Part shown: positions 23,880 through 24,000 of the stretch, piece after piece
Numbering within the stretch: the first letter of the stretch is position 1
How the letters are laid out: every line of letters starts with the position of its first letter
Assembly (NCBI GenBank): GCA_014383215.1
Contig: JACNIG010000211.1
Coordinates: 9,181 to 33,180, forward strand
DNA from: Candidatus Desulfatibia vada
Lineage (GTDB): Bacteria > Desulfobacterota > Desulfobacteria > Desulfobacterales > UBA11574
DNA length: 24,000 nt
Direction of reading: 5' to 3'
Notes under the pieces: model-generated
The model's input: only the letters and a program-made list of their open reading frames with translations
What the model was told of the DNA's origin: nothing
Databases searched by the model: none
Made by a program: the position numbers and the translations under genes

Positions 23880-24000
23880 TTATTCAAAAAGGGCTGTGGC
23901 TTTGTGCAGGCGCCGGACCACCCGGTCCCGGCCCAGGACGGTGAGAATATCAAACAGACCCGGGCCCGCCAGCTGCCCGGTAACTACTGCGCGCGTGCCG
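23880..24000 (-). CDS. gltX: Probable glutamate--tRNA ligase, C-terminal 39 codons (5' end outside the window)
   Basis: Own minus-strand translation: GTRAVVTGQLAGPGLFDILTVLGRDRVVRRLHKATALFE*. The pattern R-x-A-x-TG-x(3-4)-P-x-LF-x(5)-LG-x(5)-RL resembles GltX C-termini from memory. It is absent from the ORF track because it has no Met in the window. Confidence 0.45.
   Translation of the reverse strand, partial: GTRAVVTGQLAGPGLFDILTVLGRDRVVRRLHKATALFE

Noticed and set aside
23759-23953. 64-aa minus-strand ORF from the track
   Set aside because: It is in a different frame from the GltX-like C-terminal reading frame, which ends at 23880, and extends into the palindromic repeat. The GltX-like frame is the better explanation for this DNA.
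1-24000. Search by eye for tRNA/rRNA genes, transposase/integrase genes and toxin-antitoxin pairs
   Set aside because: I saw no T-arm (GGTTCGAAT-type) or cloverleaf candidates, and no rRNA-like conserved blocks. No ORF carries DDE, tyrosine-recombinase or serine-recombinase motifs.

Overview
The window reads as chromosomal DNA from an anaerobic bacterium, possibly a Desulfobacterota-type sulfate reducer. That taxonomic guess rests only on gene content (tungsten-type aldehyde:ferredoxin oxidoreductase, Sat/APS-kinase-like gene, PilZ and REC signalling) and on the style of the intergenic repeats. No search was run.

Gene order, left to right:
- PEP carboxykinase (GTP) 3' end
- AmpG-family MFS permease
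- a 580-aa conserved hypothetical
- an AOR-family gene split by a frameshift
- a Memo/AmrB-family gene
- a PilZ protein plus a small ORF
- a tail-anchored single-domain response regulator (minus strand)
- an ATP-sulfurylase-like/APS-kinase fusion (minus strand) whose HxxH motif is degenerate
- a UPF0173-type metallo-hydrolase
- a five-gene minus-strand cluster (12232-21639)
- a YkgJ-type Cys-cluster protein
- a 136-aa hypothetical
- the 3' end of a probable gltX (minus strand)

The five-gene cluster is the best candidate for an undescribed system. It encodes a secreted vWA protein, a secreted unknown protein, a membrane protein with FtsX/MacB-like topology, an ABC ATPase and a 1116-aa secreted protein with six 357-bp tandem repeats. 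I cannot match it to any named system.

The non-coding DNA is unusually structured:
- two copies of a 247-bp palindromic element bracket about 21 kb
- an identical 29-nt hairpin follows two unrelated genes
- heptanucleotide tandem-repeat tracts fill the spacers inside the cluster
- several long imperfect palindromes are present

I found no tRNA, rRNA, CRISPR array, transposase or integrase. All functional calls come from motif recognition by eye and need database confirmation.
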